From: Vicugna vicugna
Taxonomy: Eukaryota
DNA: 62,000 bases
NCBI GenBank assembly: GCA_013265495.1
Contig: MU058636.1
Location: 9,893,066 to 9,955,065, forward strand
Direction of reading: 5' to 3'
Below, in pieces: positions 1-11,478 of this stretch (positions are counted from its first letter, which is position 1; every line of letters begins with the position of its first letter). Made by a program: the position numbers and the translations under genes. The notes under the pieces are model-generated. The model was not told the DNA's origin. It worked only from the letters and a program-made list of their open reading frames with translations, and did no database searches.

Positions 1-960
1 AGAAGGTTGCCATAAAGATGGTTATATAACCTCATTATCTTTTTAATGACTGTCAAGTCACAACAAAACTGCCTTATTTACTCCCTGATAAGCATAACTT
101 ACGCCCTGTCTTAATTCTTCTTGATCAGTCTTGCTATATACATTTTCCTTGGTCTTTTTAAAATTTACTTTTAAGGTATTAGCTTTGTGGAATCTGTTAT
201 ATAGTGTATATTTGCCTTCCAATTCGCTGATTTCTGTTCTTATCTTTATAATTTCCTTACTTCGACTTTATTTGGCTTTAACAGATCTCACTTCTGAGCT
301 GGATATTTAGATCCTTGACTTTTCAGCCTTTCTTTTTCTACTATGTACCTTTAAAAGCAGAAATGTCTCTAACAATAGCTTCAGCCACACACTACAAGAT
401 TTGATGTACAATATTCTTATCATTTCAGTTCAAAACATTTTCGAATTTCCATTTTCTAGTTCCATTCGTCTCATTTCCTTTCTTTTATAGATTTCCATCA
501 TAATTTCAGTGCAGTCAAAGAACTTGAAGTCTCTGAATTATTTCAATCAGTTGAAGATTTCCAAGAGTTTACGGCCCAGCATACTGTCTATTTTGTTAGG
601 TGCTTTCTTCAGACACCGGGTCATATTTGTTCATCATCATGCACAGCTACACTGTGTTTTATTGACATTTTGTCTGCTTGTTAAAGTCTCTGTTTCTTAT
701 TGTGACTTTGTTTCTCCTTTTAATTCTGTTGATTTTTCCTTAGGTATTTTGGGGCCATGTTATTAGAAACATATACATCTAGAATGATTCTATTCTTGAC
801 GAATTACTATTTTCTCTTTATGAAATGCATTTCTTTTTCTAGTAATGCCTGTTTCCTCAAAGTCTAGCTGGTTTGATATAATTATAACTCTTGGTTAACA
901 TTGGTATGATATAAATATGTATTTTTTCCTCTTTTTACTTTTAGTTTTTCTAAGTCCATA
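1..960 (-). mobile_element. Old L1 (L1M-type) ORF2-region fragment, antisense
   Basis: Long T-rich stretch with phrases typical of reverse-strand L1 ORF2 (e.g. ttcagttcaaaacattttcgaatttccatt, ggggccatgttattagaaacatatacatctagaatg); no intact ORF. Confidence 0.7.
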
Positions 961-1059
961 TGTAAAAACTCTCTTGTGGCCCAGATACAGACATTCATAG
1001 GGACATAGATATGAGAAATAAACAGACACAAAGATACATCTATATCAACAACCTTATCA

Positions 1060-1390
1060 ATGTCTACATTTATGTCATTATTATTTTAATAATATTACAT
1101 TATAATTTATGAATAGAAATATCTATCTATTTAACAAACTAGTGTTACAACATTCATAATATTCTGTAACCTGGTCTTTCCTACTTAATATATATTATAG
1201 AAGCCTCTACCTAGTGATGCCATGTTATTTTTTCCATATTTGATTATGAAAAATTTCAACTGAATAACAAAGTTAAAAGAACTTTATAGAACAACTATAT
1301 ATCCATCACCTAGACTCCACTACTACCATTTTACTAAATTTGCTTTATCACTTTTATCACTTGCCTATCTCTTCATTAGTCCACATCTGT
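1060..1390 (-). mobile_element. L1ME/L1MC-type 3' UTR fragments, antisense
   Basis: attatgaaaaatttcaac...aaagttaaaagaac...atatccatcacctagactc and tattctgtaacctgg...acttaatatatatt match recalled reverse-strand old L1 3' ends. Confidence 0.55.
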
Positions 1391-1394
1391 ATCT

Positions 1395-1590
1395 ATACTG
1401 GAAAGGGGTAAAACGCACTGTAAAAACATTTTTTACCTCTTGGTAGGATTGAATTATGGAGTTAAGAGGTATAGAATTTTTATTTTCATATTTTATATAT
1501 GTCTGTATCATTTAGGTATTAAATGCTCATTTAAAATGAGCAAGAATAACTTTTGAGAGAAAAAAATAGATGTATTTAAAAAAAAAAAAT
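1395..1590 (+). mobile_element. Old L1M 3' end with A-rich tail
   Basis: ttacctcttggtagg...tttttattttcatattttatatatgtctgtat followed by A-runs at ~1560-1590. Confidence 0.45.
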
Positions 1591-1684
1591 CCCAGGCCTG
1601 ATCCTTAGCTACTGTGTTTAGCGGCTCTGAAGGCCAGCCTCTTCTTCCATCAGCCCGTCAAGCATCTCTCCAAGCGTGTCCTGC

Positions 1685-1922
1685 AGGCATTTCCTGAGCA
1701 TTTAGTAAGTGCCAGACATTGAAAGGAATCCACTCATCAAGCTATTCCACGGACTGCTCATGACCACCACATGAATTGGGCACTACTATTAACCCCACAC
1801 GAGACGAAGAAAACAAGAAGCTCAGAGGAGGTACACTTGCCTCCAAATCGCGGAGTGGCGAGCAGCAGAACAGGATGACAGCTGGAGTCCGACTCAAGTC
1901 TGAGCTTCTAACTGCGTACTGG
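1685..1922 (-). mobile_element. MIR SINE
   Basis: catttcctgagcatttagtaagtgccag...gaagaaaacaagaagctcagaggaggtacacttgcc is the reverse complement of the MIR tail and core. Confidence 0.7.
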
Positions 1923-1964
1923 GCATCTTTGTTGAATGCACATCAAAAAGAACTCATTGTTTTC

Positions 1965-2420
1965 TCATTTTTAAATGAATCAACTCAAAGAAGACATGGA
2001 GCGTCCACGATGAGCCAGACAAGGGAAGTGGCAGATGCTGTCTATGCAAAAATGAACAGGATAACATTCCCTGACTTGAAGAAGTTTTCGGTCTGTTGAG
2101 AAAGATGGGGCATTCTGATGCCGTCTGACAAGGGCCCTGACAGCAGTAGTCACAGGGCATTTGGGGAGCATGTGTTACGTACACTTGACCCATTTGGTGG
2201 GGGTGGGGTGGGATGGGGTTGTCTGGAAAGATTTCCTGGAAGAACTGATATCTAAAACTGAGACCTGGAGATTAAGGAGGCACTCAGCGGCCCAGCGCAC
2301 TCTGCCAGAGGCTTTAGAACATGGCACAAAACAGGTACCAACCAGGGCTAGTGGTGGGAGAAAGGCAGGCCAGCAATGGGTCAAGGGGTACAGAGCAAGA
2401 GAGATCATGGCCCATTTTAT
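1965..2420 (-). mobile_element. L2 3' fragment
   Basis: aaaaatgaacaggataacattccctgacttgaagaagttt and ggaaagatttcctggaagaa...aaaactgagacctgga match antisense L2. Confidence 0.6.
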
Positions 2421-2930
2421 GTTATAGCAAGAACTGTATTTCTGAAATACAGGTCTGATCATGTCATTCTTCTATTAAATGTCTCTGGTGTCCCCTGTTC
2501 CCCACAGAGAAATGCCCCAGCTCCTCAGCAAACGTGGAAGGCCTTTCTACCCGGCTCAGCCTAGTTGCTCTATTTCTGCTGCTCCAGCCATCCTGGGGCC
2601 AGCCACATCCCAGCTCCTGCTATTTCATCTGCTGAGATTCCCCTTCTCCCCTCTCTGCTCAATGAATTTTTACCTATTTTTCAAAGTCCACTTAAATGTC
2701 ACCCCTTCCTTGAGCAGCCAGATGAAATTGAATGTTTCTTCATCATTGTTTACATATCTTTCTCTACACTTTCATACACAGAATATTATATTATTAGTAT
2801 TTGTGTATGTGTTCATCTGATGGATGCTAAGCACTTTGACATCTCATGGGCTTCTCGCCCTTAGGCCTAGTGATCGGCTGGCCCTCCGTAGGTCTCCAAC
2901 AAAGCCTTCTGTAATTGAATTGATGTGAAC
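2421..2930 (+). mobile_element. L2 3' fragment
   Basis: tttctgaaatacaggtctgatcatgtcattctt...cttaaatgtcacccc...gtaggtctccaacaaa...gaattga match the L2 3' end. Confidence 0.65.
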
Positions 2931-3264
2931 ACGAATTTTGCCAATCGTTGATTCGGTATTTCTAATTTCACATTTTTTCCTGTAAATTATGGTTAACGTC
3001 AGTTTGCACAGCTTCATTTTCAGTTCAAGAAATCTGGCCCATTTAATTTCTTCATAGAGAACTATTTATAAAAAGATGAAGCGGGGTCACGGTCAAGTTG
3101 TAAACTTGGCTGGAGTAGAATAACCCCAGGAGAAACTCTGAGAAGAGCTTTGACGGATAACAGTTCAGCACATATCCCACCTGCATCTTTGATTCCTGGA
3201 CACTGGTTGAGGAAGTGAAAGATCCCCACTGTGTGTCCCACTTTAGATGGAAAGATTATTCGTG

Positions 3265-3412
3265 GCCAATCTGCCCACTGGAGTCTCAGGGAGTGGAACC
3301 CAGGAATCAGTATTTACAACAATCCCACACCCTCGCCCCCAACACACATTCCTTCACTTCCTGCTCCCCCTCCCAAGTGATTCTTATGCAAAGTCAAGTT
3401 CCAGAACCACTG
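3265..3412. mobile_element. MER5-type hAT-Charlie MITE
   Basis: ggaacccaggaatcagtatttacaa...ccaagtgattcttatgca...agaaccactg, ending in the MER5 terminal motif. Confidence 0.65.
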
Positions 3413-4122
3413 TTAATAACCTTCCCTGGCAATATAATCAGTCACATTTTTCTAGTTAAACTGCCCTTTCCTGGGAGGTAGAATCTAAAAAACAGATTAA
3501 TTGAGCAGCATGAGGGATTCTGTCCATGGTGTCTAGGTGACAGCAGATAAACTGATAAATATATAAAAGGGCTAGTAGTATCTTTGACATGATGATGATA
3601 ATACAGAGTTTAAACTTCTAGAGATTCTAACATGAAAAACTGTAGTCAGGATCCAGAGAATTCGAAAAGCGATTCTATGCTAATTTAATAGCAGCTCCAG
3701 GTAGACCTAGTTGGAGACAGGACTGTTGCAAAGTCCGGATCCTGATTTCCTACCATAGCCCTTTTGCCTGCATGTGAAACTTGGTAGTTAATAATCAGCG
3801 CCAGAAGTAATACGACGCTAACTTTAAACATCTGTCTTCACAAGGAAGCGAGGAAGATGGCAAATGTCACCATCTGTTGCACATGGTTATTATTATTTCA
3901 AATCTTATTATCACTGCAAACTCACGGATGATGAATTAAATCATGTCCACAAAATTGAAAATCAGAATCCAGACAAATCCAAACATTTAAGACACATATA
4001 TAACAGTTTTATTGTGTAGGCAAAGAGAGAGAGAGTGTGTGAGTCAAACGGTCTCCATTTGGCATGTATTTAATAATACTAGTTGGTGGCAAAACATTCA
4101 GATGGTTAGAGTTTGGTGACTA

Positions 4123-4360
4123 TAATAATAATAATTAATTATAGCACTATTTACTATAGTCTGTGTGCCCCAACTGTGCTGGAGCTTTCTATCCATTATC
4201 TCTGGTCTTCATAGCAGTTCTCCAAACGAAGTATCATTCCAACATGTACATTTGAACACACTGTATGAAGGACACTGTCCAAGGTCACACAGATTAATTA
4301 GTGAAAACACTAGTTTCTGAACCCAGGACTGTCTAAACTCAGAGTTCAGACTCTCTTTCC
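4123..4360 (-). mobile_element. MIR SINE
   Basis: (taa)n tail, then gtccaaggtcacacag...tgaacccaggactgtctaaactcagag. Confidence 0.7.
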
Positions 4361-4458
4361 TTTAGATGATAAACTGCATAAGAGCAGAACACTTACCTTT
4401 TTTTATTCCCTGTGCAGTTCTCAGAGCCTTGAACAGAATGTGGTATAAAGTAGATGCT

Positions 4459-4689
4459 AAATTGGGAGTTTGAGATTTGCAGATACTAACTACTACATAT
4501 AAAATAGATACACAACAAGTTTCTATTGTATAGCACAGGGAACTATAGTCAATATCTTGTAGTCACCTATAATGAGAAAGAATATGAAAATGAATATATG
4601 TATGTATATGTATGACTGAAACATTATGCTGTATGCCAGAAATTGACACAGCATTGCAAACTGACTACACTTCAATTTAAAAATATTAA
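4459..4689 (+). mobile_element. Lineage-specific L1 3' end (5'-truncated) with TSD, inserted into an L2 tail
   Basis: aaattgggagtttgagatttgcagatactaact...aactgactacacttcaat plus A-rich tail; flanks ataaagtagatgct (4445-4458) and ataaagtaggagct (4690-4703). Confidence 0.9.
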
Positions 4690-4859
4690 ATAAAGTAGGA
4701 GCTGAATAAATAAAAGCAGGATGGCATGCTTCCCAGATCAAGAATTTCATCCTTGTCAGTTCCCCTGAAACAAAACCTTAACCCCCCAGTTTGTGATAGT
4801 ATCCTGACCCAAACAAAAATAGTATTAATCAGACACATTGTAACTGATTAATACTTCAA

Positions 4860-5100
4860 TTTAAAAACTAATATTAATCACGCTGATAGGCAAAAATAGG
4901 ATAATTTTAAAATTTTGATTAATCCAAAGGAGGGCAAGAACAGGTCAAAAACAAAAAGAACATGGAACAGGTGGGGCAAACAGAAAACAAGTACTAAGAT
5001 GGAAAATTTAAACTCATTCTATCAACGATTGAATTTAGTATTTAGTGAACAAATGGGGCTCCAAGTAAAAGATAAAGATGGTTAGACTGGAATTTTAAAA
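4860..5100 (+). mobile_element. Old L1 fragment at the start of ORF2 (endonuclease region), degraded
   Basis: aattaatccaaaggaggg...gcaaacagaaaacaagtactaagatgg...ctccaagtaaaagataaagatggttagactgga resembles the inter-ORF region and the NGLNSPIKRQRLSDWI coding stretch. Confidence 0.6.
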
Positions 5101-5134
5101 CTATATTCATATTATTTACTTCATTCTTGTACTT

Positions 5135-5262
5135 CTTCCCTTTTTATATCTGTTTTATGGGTGAAGAGTGGAGACTTCAGAGAGTGAAGAAACTTGCCAA
5201 AATGACACTGGATAAATAGCAGAGTCGGATAAAAGCCCCAGTGGTCCAGCCCCAAACCCTCA
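5135..5262 (-). mobile_element. MIR fragment
   Basis: gagacttcagagagtgaagaaacttgccaaaatgacac matches the antisense MIR core. Confidence 0.6.
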
Positions 5263-6271
5263 CTTGGGGCCATTTCGTACAGACTCTGCAAGGAGAAGGT
5301 GCTGTCAGGCTTGGCAAGAGCCATGTCCGTGCAATTCAAGGGGCAGAGCTGGATGGCAGCAGGCATGGTGAATGGTAAAGCTGGACCCCGCCATAATGAG
5401 GACTAAGCGCTCTTTGGGAATGGATAGGATTTCTGGGCAGTATCTGGCAGTCCTGGCTAAAAGCAGAGGAAATGGATGGTTGATCTACTCTGAATCTGTG
5501 TTTTGCTGGAAAGTGGCAGAAGACAAGATGGACAAGGGAGGTTAGGGTCTGGGGGAGATGCTTCCATCTTGGGGTCTAGGCTGAATAGGGAGGCTGCAAA
5601 GTCAAGGGGAGGGTGTCTCTACAGAGAGCAAGGGGAGAGGTCCAGGGACCAGATGTCTGTATGAGGCTGAAAAGCTAGCATCCCGGGAGGAAGAGAGGGA
5701 GAGATTTAGAAGGACTTAAACTTGCTGTCAGAGAGTGAGATGGGTGTCCAGACGTCTTGGAAGGCATCCTAGAGTTAAATTAGAAACAAAGATAAAGTCA
5801 GCTTTGTAGATTTATTTTATACTATTGAATTTCAAGAAGAAAGATAAAAGGTGGAGACTGCAACTCCCTTCTTGTGTTACCTGAGCCACCATTTTCATGG
5901 TATTCTTAAAAGCTCTGATTAAAGATCATTAAAAAAAATTCTAAATGCCTCCAGGTAACAGATTGCTTTCTCTGAATCACTCGATTTTTTTCTAAAACAG
6001 GGAGGAGGAAAATAGTTAAAATTAGCCACCTTTTCATAATGCATTTGCTGAAACTAATTAGTAATTATTTTTTAACATAAGCAGTTGGTGTGAGAGTGGT
6101 GATAATATATTGACAATATAAACTTAGCATCATTAATGAGATTGTCATTTCCATGTGGAACTGAGACTGTCAGAAGCTGTCCTCTTTATGACAGAGAGTT
6201 GCTCTTTCAGTTCTGGGGTGGAATGGTGGTAGTTGGAAAACTTTTAAGAAAATTAGGAAACAGCCCTGAAG

Positions 6272-6944
6272 AACCCTCCTACGCTGTCGGTGGCAGTGTA
6301 GTTTGGCGCAGCCATTATGGAAAACAGAATGGAGATTCCTTAAAAAAACTAAAAACAGACTTACCCTATGATCTAGCAATCCCACTCCTAGGCATATATC
6401 CTGAGAGAACTCTAACTCAGAAAGATACATGTACCCCCATGTTCATAGCAGTGCTATTTACAATCGCCAAGACATGGAAGCAACCTAAGTGCCAGCTGAC
6501 AGATGACTGGATAAAGAAGTTGTGGTGTGTGTACATATATATATATGTGTGTACACACATGCACACACAGACACACTGGAATAATACTCAGCCATAAAAA
6601 AGAATTAAAGTGCCATTTGCAGCAATATGGACGGACCCGGAGATTGTCATTCTAAGTGAAGTAAACCAGAAAGAGAAATAAAAATACCATATGATATGAC
6701 TTATATATGGAATCTAGGGGAAAAAACACAAATGAACTTATTTACAAAACAGAGACAGACAGACAGACATAGAGAACAAACTTATAGTTACCAGGGAGGG
6801 GGGGATAAATTGGGAGTTTGGGATTTGCAGATACTAATCATAGTTTATGAAATAGATAAACAACAAGGTCATACTGCATAGTGCAGGAAACAATATTCAA
6901 TACCCTGTAATGACCTATAATGAAAAATAATACAAAAAGGACTA

Positions 6945-6982
<38 letters not shown>

Positions 6983-7058
6983 CGTATACATGAATCACTG
7001 TGCTGTACAACAGAAATTAGCACAACATTGTAAACTGACTGTAATTCAATAAAAAAGA
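6272..7058 (+). mobile_element. Lineage-specific L1, 5'-truncated (~790 bp): ORF2 C-terminus, 3' UTR and poly(A), with 15-bp TSD
   Basis: Translation LPYDLAIPLLGIYP...TCTPMFIAVLFTIAKTWKQPKC..DDWIKKLW is the L1 ORF2p C-terminus; TSD gaaacagccctgaag (6257-6271) / gaaacagccttgcag (7059-7073). Confidence 0.95.
6944..6985. repeat. (TG)n microsatellite within the L1 3' UTR
   Basis: About 15 uninterrupted TG units seen directly. Confidence 0.95.
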
Positions 7059-8119
7059 GAAACAGCCTTGCAGTAACAATGTATATGTCATGATGTATAT
7101 ATAAAGAGCAGTAATGTACAGTTTTTCAAGAATTTCCATGTAGCAAATTAACAATTTTTATCCCAACAGCTAACGCTGGAATATTTTAAATCTCTATTAA
7201 CATGTAAGTGTGGCTTCTTTACAGTAAAGTATTGACGTGTATAGAAACTCCATGATTCTCTGCTGATAAATGTATCTTGCCGTACTAATTCTTAAACAGT
7301 CTAATATTAGCCTTTTCCCTTCTAAGTTCCCATATTGGATTCAGAGTGAGACTTTAATTTTGCTTCTCATTTAATCCACACTGGCACCAAGCCCCCCTCT
7401 GTCAGTTTGATATTCAGCTGGGATCTGACCTAATTCTATGAAGGCAATGAATTCACTTACTCCCTGCAGTTGGTCAAAAGGAGTTAGGGAAGGAGAAAGA
7501 CTGGGGAGAGGGGACAGAAACCAAGTCTTTCCTGGGTTGGGTCGCATAGGGCATCAGCCTAATACATTTACGTGTTTCAATCACACTGCATGGACAGTTT
7601 AAAGAGTCCCCTGGGTCCCCAGGGCCCCATGATCGAGTTCAACTTGACCCCACTCCTCCCCTTCCCCAGATGTGCAGGGAAACCTCTTCTGCGACCTCGG
7701 TGTGTGCTCCTAACTGCTGTGTGTAAACCCCAGTGCCCCTCCAAGCACGGGGACGTCTGGCGGCGCTCATGAGCCCTGGCTGCTGTCGTAGACACTTCTG
7801 CCGCCCTGTCATTGCCCATTCAGTGATCACGCTGTGGCAATGCTCTCGCGTGTTTCAATATCCAGGATAGTCCTTTGGGTTCCATCTGTACTCGACACTA
7901 TGCCTTGCCCCTCTGCTTGTTGATGGGATGTTTTCCAACTGATCACCATCACCACAGCAGTGCGGACGCTTAGTGGTAGCAGACACACATAGCAGAGACG
8001 AAACTTCCGTAATACAACTCTGATCGGGGAAACCATCCTTTAGCATTTTTTATCTGTAATTGATTTTATTTCGTTCTAGGATTCTATTGACAATAACAGC
8101 CCCCAAAGTGTAACTTTCT

Positions 8120-8610
8120 CTGCTTAGAGACTGTGCGTTGCCCACTGAGAGTCCATTCTTCGCTTCTTTCTTACTGAAAATACTCCAATTTTGTCTCAGT
8201 CACAAAACACCCAACCAAAATCCATGCTTCTCAGATTCTCTTGCAGGAGGTATGGACCTGTAACTAGATTCTGACAAGTTGGGTGTATGTTGGAGTATAG
8301 CACGTGACTTCCAGAACAGCCCTCTAACGTAATATAACTCAACATGGGGTGTACTCATTTTTTTGTTGTTTTGTTTTTTTTTAATTTTATTTTTAAAAAC
8401 TTTTTGGCAGGGGGAGGTGATTCGATTTTTATTTATTTATTTTTTAAATGGAGGAGGTCCTGGGTTCAATTTTTTAAATTGAACCCAGGACCTCATGCAT
8501 GCTAAGCATTTGCTCTACCACTGAGCTACACCCTCCCCCTGGAGTATATACTCTTTACTCTCACCCCAACTCTGTTCAGCTTGCTGCCTAAAATGTCTCC
8601 GGGATGTCAT
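8120..8610 (+). mobile_element. ERVL-type LTR (LTR33/LTR16-like), interrupted by a SINE
   Basis: tccattcttcgcttctttcttactgaaaatactccaattttgt...ctcttgcaggaggtatggacctgtaactagattctgac matches the recalled LTR33/16 5' part. Confidence 0.6.
8358..8539 (-). mobile_element. Camelid tRNA-derived SINE (Vic-1-like)
   Basis: Reverse complement reads ggggagggtgtagctcagtggtagagcaaatgcttagcatgcatgaggtcctgggttcaat (Pol III A and B boxes), then an A-rich body and tail. Confidence 0.9.
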
Positions 8611-8953
8611 AAAGTATACTGACAAACTTCAAGTTACCATAAAAAAAATGCTAACCCTGAAAGGAGTTAATACAGTAATATTTCCAGGGACTTGGAATCT
8701 AACAGAAAATGTTTCAAAATTAGAGCAGCATAAAAAGAATGGAATTTACAATAAGTAAAAATTAATCTCACAAACAATGATAAAATCACAAGTTTTCCTT
8801 CTCTGTTGTTTGACCTGTGGAATAAACTAGAGTTGTGCTGTAAACTGCATGGCATGTTGGTGATCACTTGGCGTGAATAGGGGATTGGACAGGGCAAAGC
8901 CCTCCAGAGCAAGCTTTCCAAGTTCGTTTACTCTATTGGAAGATGTAGGCAGG

Positions 8954-9366
8954 TGTAGCAAAGACATCAACTACCTACCAAAGATTCAGGCTTCCTTCTG
9001 AAGAGTAGAGTTATGGCCACGATGTAGCTGCCCTTATATCTACGTGGTCCGCACTGGCTCAGTTCTGCGTCTAAGCGTGTAGGTGCAAGGGATGTGTGTC
9101 ACTAGGCCTGGCCCCTGGACACCTGCCTGTGACCTTCCAAACTCCCTTTCATCCTCCATCCTCCGGCTGCAAGTGAAGAGTTGAGGCACCAGGGGATGGT
9201 GAAACCAAAACCTAGAAACAGTCCCTGGTCTCTGAAACACTGTGTGGAATGCTGTTTGCAAAGATTTACCTTAAACTGATCTCTTAAAAAAAAGAACCGT
9301 GGTGTTAAGCCAGTGACATGTGGAGACTTGCCTGTTATCACAGTCAGCTCTGGCTTAATTAGCACA
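8954..9366 (+). mobile_element. ERVL solo LTR (LTR16-like)
   Basis: Starts tgtagc; contains aggcctggcccc, ggatggtgaaacc...cctggtctctgaaacactgtgtgga and gtgttaagccagtgacatgtgg; ends ...ca; cagg-containing flanks on both sides. Confidence 0.75.
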
Positions 9367-10359
9367 CAGGCTGTGTGTACCAGCCATGGCTTCCCCGCCT
9401 TCCTTTCAGGCCATGATGGCCTTTCACTGAGAGTAACTGACAAGAAGGCCCTTCTCATGACTGCTCTCCATTTCTCTGCTTTTCGCATTTTCTCTCTGAC
9501 ATTTTGCCTATAACACCTCATCTGAATCACCTTTCAATGCATTAGAGCTGGAGGCTCGCTTTTCTTCTTACAGAGGCTGCTGCTGCCCGGGGCTGAGTTC
9601 AGGAGTGCAGGAAGCGGGAGAGGGGAGAGGCGAGGGACGTGGTCCCCTGAGGGCACTCCCTCCTCTGTCTGGCCTCCCCACTGCTCCATCTCTTCCATCC
9701 CTGGACGACCTGAATCAAACATACTCCAGGGCCTGGCTGTCAGTGCTCTGCTGAGGTCAGGAGGGAAGCCACGTTGCCAGAGTGGCTTCTGGACTCTTTC
9801 TGGAAAGGACAGAGTCAGGGTCTTGCTGCCAGGGAACCCCAGAAACCAAATCCCACTGTGCTCAAGATAGGTGGTAACTGACAAAGGGTTTCAAGGGGTC
9901 TAACTCAGAATTTTCTTTCTTCTTTAAAAAATTCCGTTGATGTTCCCTGAGCCTATGCCAACGAATAATTACCCATTTCCAGTCCCCCAAGGAGAGCCAA
10001 TCACGGGACTAAACGTTAGCTGGCTCTTTAGGTCGTATCCCTGCAATTTGGGTCATGGAAATATTTGAGTTCAAATTTATGAATAGGAAACTTGCTGGAG
10101 AAACAGCACCACGTTCCATTGCCTTTTTGTTGCATTCCGGAGTGTGTACAAGGTCGGAGTCAGGATGGGGCAAGCGCATTCCAAAGTGTGTGCGTGAGTG
10201 TGAGGGTGGTCCTATTCGCTTCACTGCGAGTTGTCCAGACTGGCCCCTGAAAACTGCATTTGGGGACTGAATCTTGGTTGTGGATCTCTAGAAGGATTTG
10301 ACACGAAGAGTCAGAGTCCTCGTTCTTGTCACTGCTATTTCACAACTAGTGCAACGCTG

Positions 10360-10585
10360 TGTCTACACTGCCTCGGTGTCGATCCTGACTCCAGCGCTTA
10401 GCAGCTGTGTCCTTTTGGGCAGAGTATTTAACCTCTCTGTTCTTCAGTTTCCTCTTCTGGAGTATGGGAATTGTAATGATAACTGCTTCGTAGGGTGCGA
10501 GGATGACATGAGATAAATATAAAATCCTTAGCCTAGAGCTGTAATAGCAACCCTCAATTTATATCAGCCAATACTAATAATGATT
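10360..10585 (+). mobile_element. MIR SINE
   Basis: agctgtgtccttttgggcagagtatttaacctctctgttcttcagtttcctc is the MIR core. Confidence 0.8.
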
Positions 10586-10759
10586 AAGAAAAGAAGACTG
10601 CATTGTCTATGGAGAGGGTTACTATGCTCATCACGAAAGCCCTCTCACGTCTCTTCCATGCTGAATAGGCCATGAATCTCTACCGGAGCTCTCTCCGCCG
10701 AAAAGTAAGGATGATGCTCACACATCTTCCTCACTGAGTTCTTATCCAGGTCAGTTCAG

Positions 10760-11478
10760 TGGTACCTGGAGGTCTCCTGGTCTGCATCCTGGCACCTGCC
10801 ACAAGCTGGGAAGAGAAAGCCCTTCCTAAGAGACAAGTGAGATCATGCCCAGCCCTGCTGGACGTGCTCCAGGGACCCGTCCCCTCTAACACAATCCTGA
10901 GAATCTCCCGAGAGGGTCTGCAAGGCTCCGCCCCCCGGTCTAGCCTTGCCAGTTGCAGTGCTCACCTTGGCCCTGTGACCGAACGGCTCGCAATCCATGA
11001 ATCTCAGGGCACGCCTTTCTGATCCTACACTCTTCCCTCAGGGCTGAATGGTGACCTTACCTCCATCCGCTCCTGCACACACTCTCCCTCCATCACGTGC
11101 AGAAAGGTGTCAGTATCCCTGGGATTTCTTTTAGGATTCATTTTAAGCCTCCCCTTCATTTTGAAGCCTTTCACCAATTCTGTCCCCAAAGTAATCTGAC
11201 CTCCATCCTTCCTAGGTCCTCACAAGTCTTCCTACCTGGTCCTGTCGCTGCACTTACAACCCTTCTTTGAGCTGTTTTGGCAGGTTCTTCTTTTTTCTTA
11301 TATCCCCAGCTTAAGATAACATCTAACACATTTCACATTGAACCACATCAGATTTCAGTTTTTGTAGATTAAAAACTCAAATGTTGGCAATTTCATGTGG
11401 TTCAGCCTAGAGTGTGGGTTCTTAGTAATATCTGCTCGTAAGGCAATAAATGAGCAAACGAATGAATGAATGAATGAA
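10760..11478 (+). mobile_element. L2 3' fragment ending in a (GAAT)n tail
   Basis: gagatcatgcccagccctgctgg...gaagcctttc...aatgaatgaatgaatgaa. Confidence 0.65.
11333..11410. mobile_element. MADE2 mariner-derived MITE nested in L2
   Basis: ttgaaccacatcagattt...ggcaatttcatgtggttcagccta: ~80-bp element with inverted termini matching the recalled MADE2 consensus. Confidence 0.75.

Noticed and set aside
2199..2218. G-quadruplex motifs here and at ~15193-15236
   Set aside because: The motifs are real but common in mammalian DNA, with no supporting functional context.
3515..3540. REST/NRSE site (ctgtccatggtg)
   Set aside because: Only the central core matches; the GCTGAA end and the GGCG end are missing.
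6136..6597. 153-aa ORF as a host gene
   Set aside because: The homologous part is the C-terminus of a 5'-truncated L1 ORF2 read through from flanking DNA, with frameshifted and microsatellite-derived segments.
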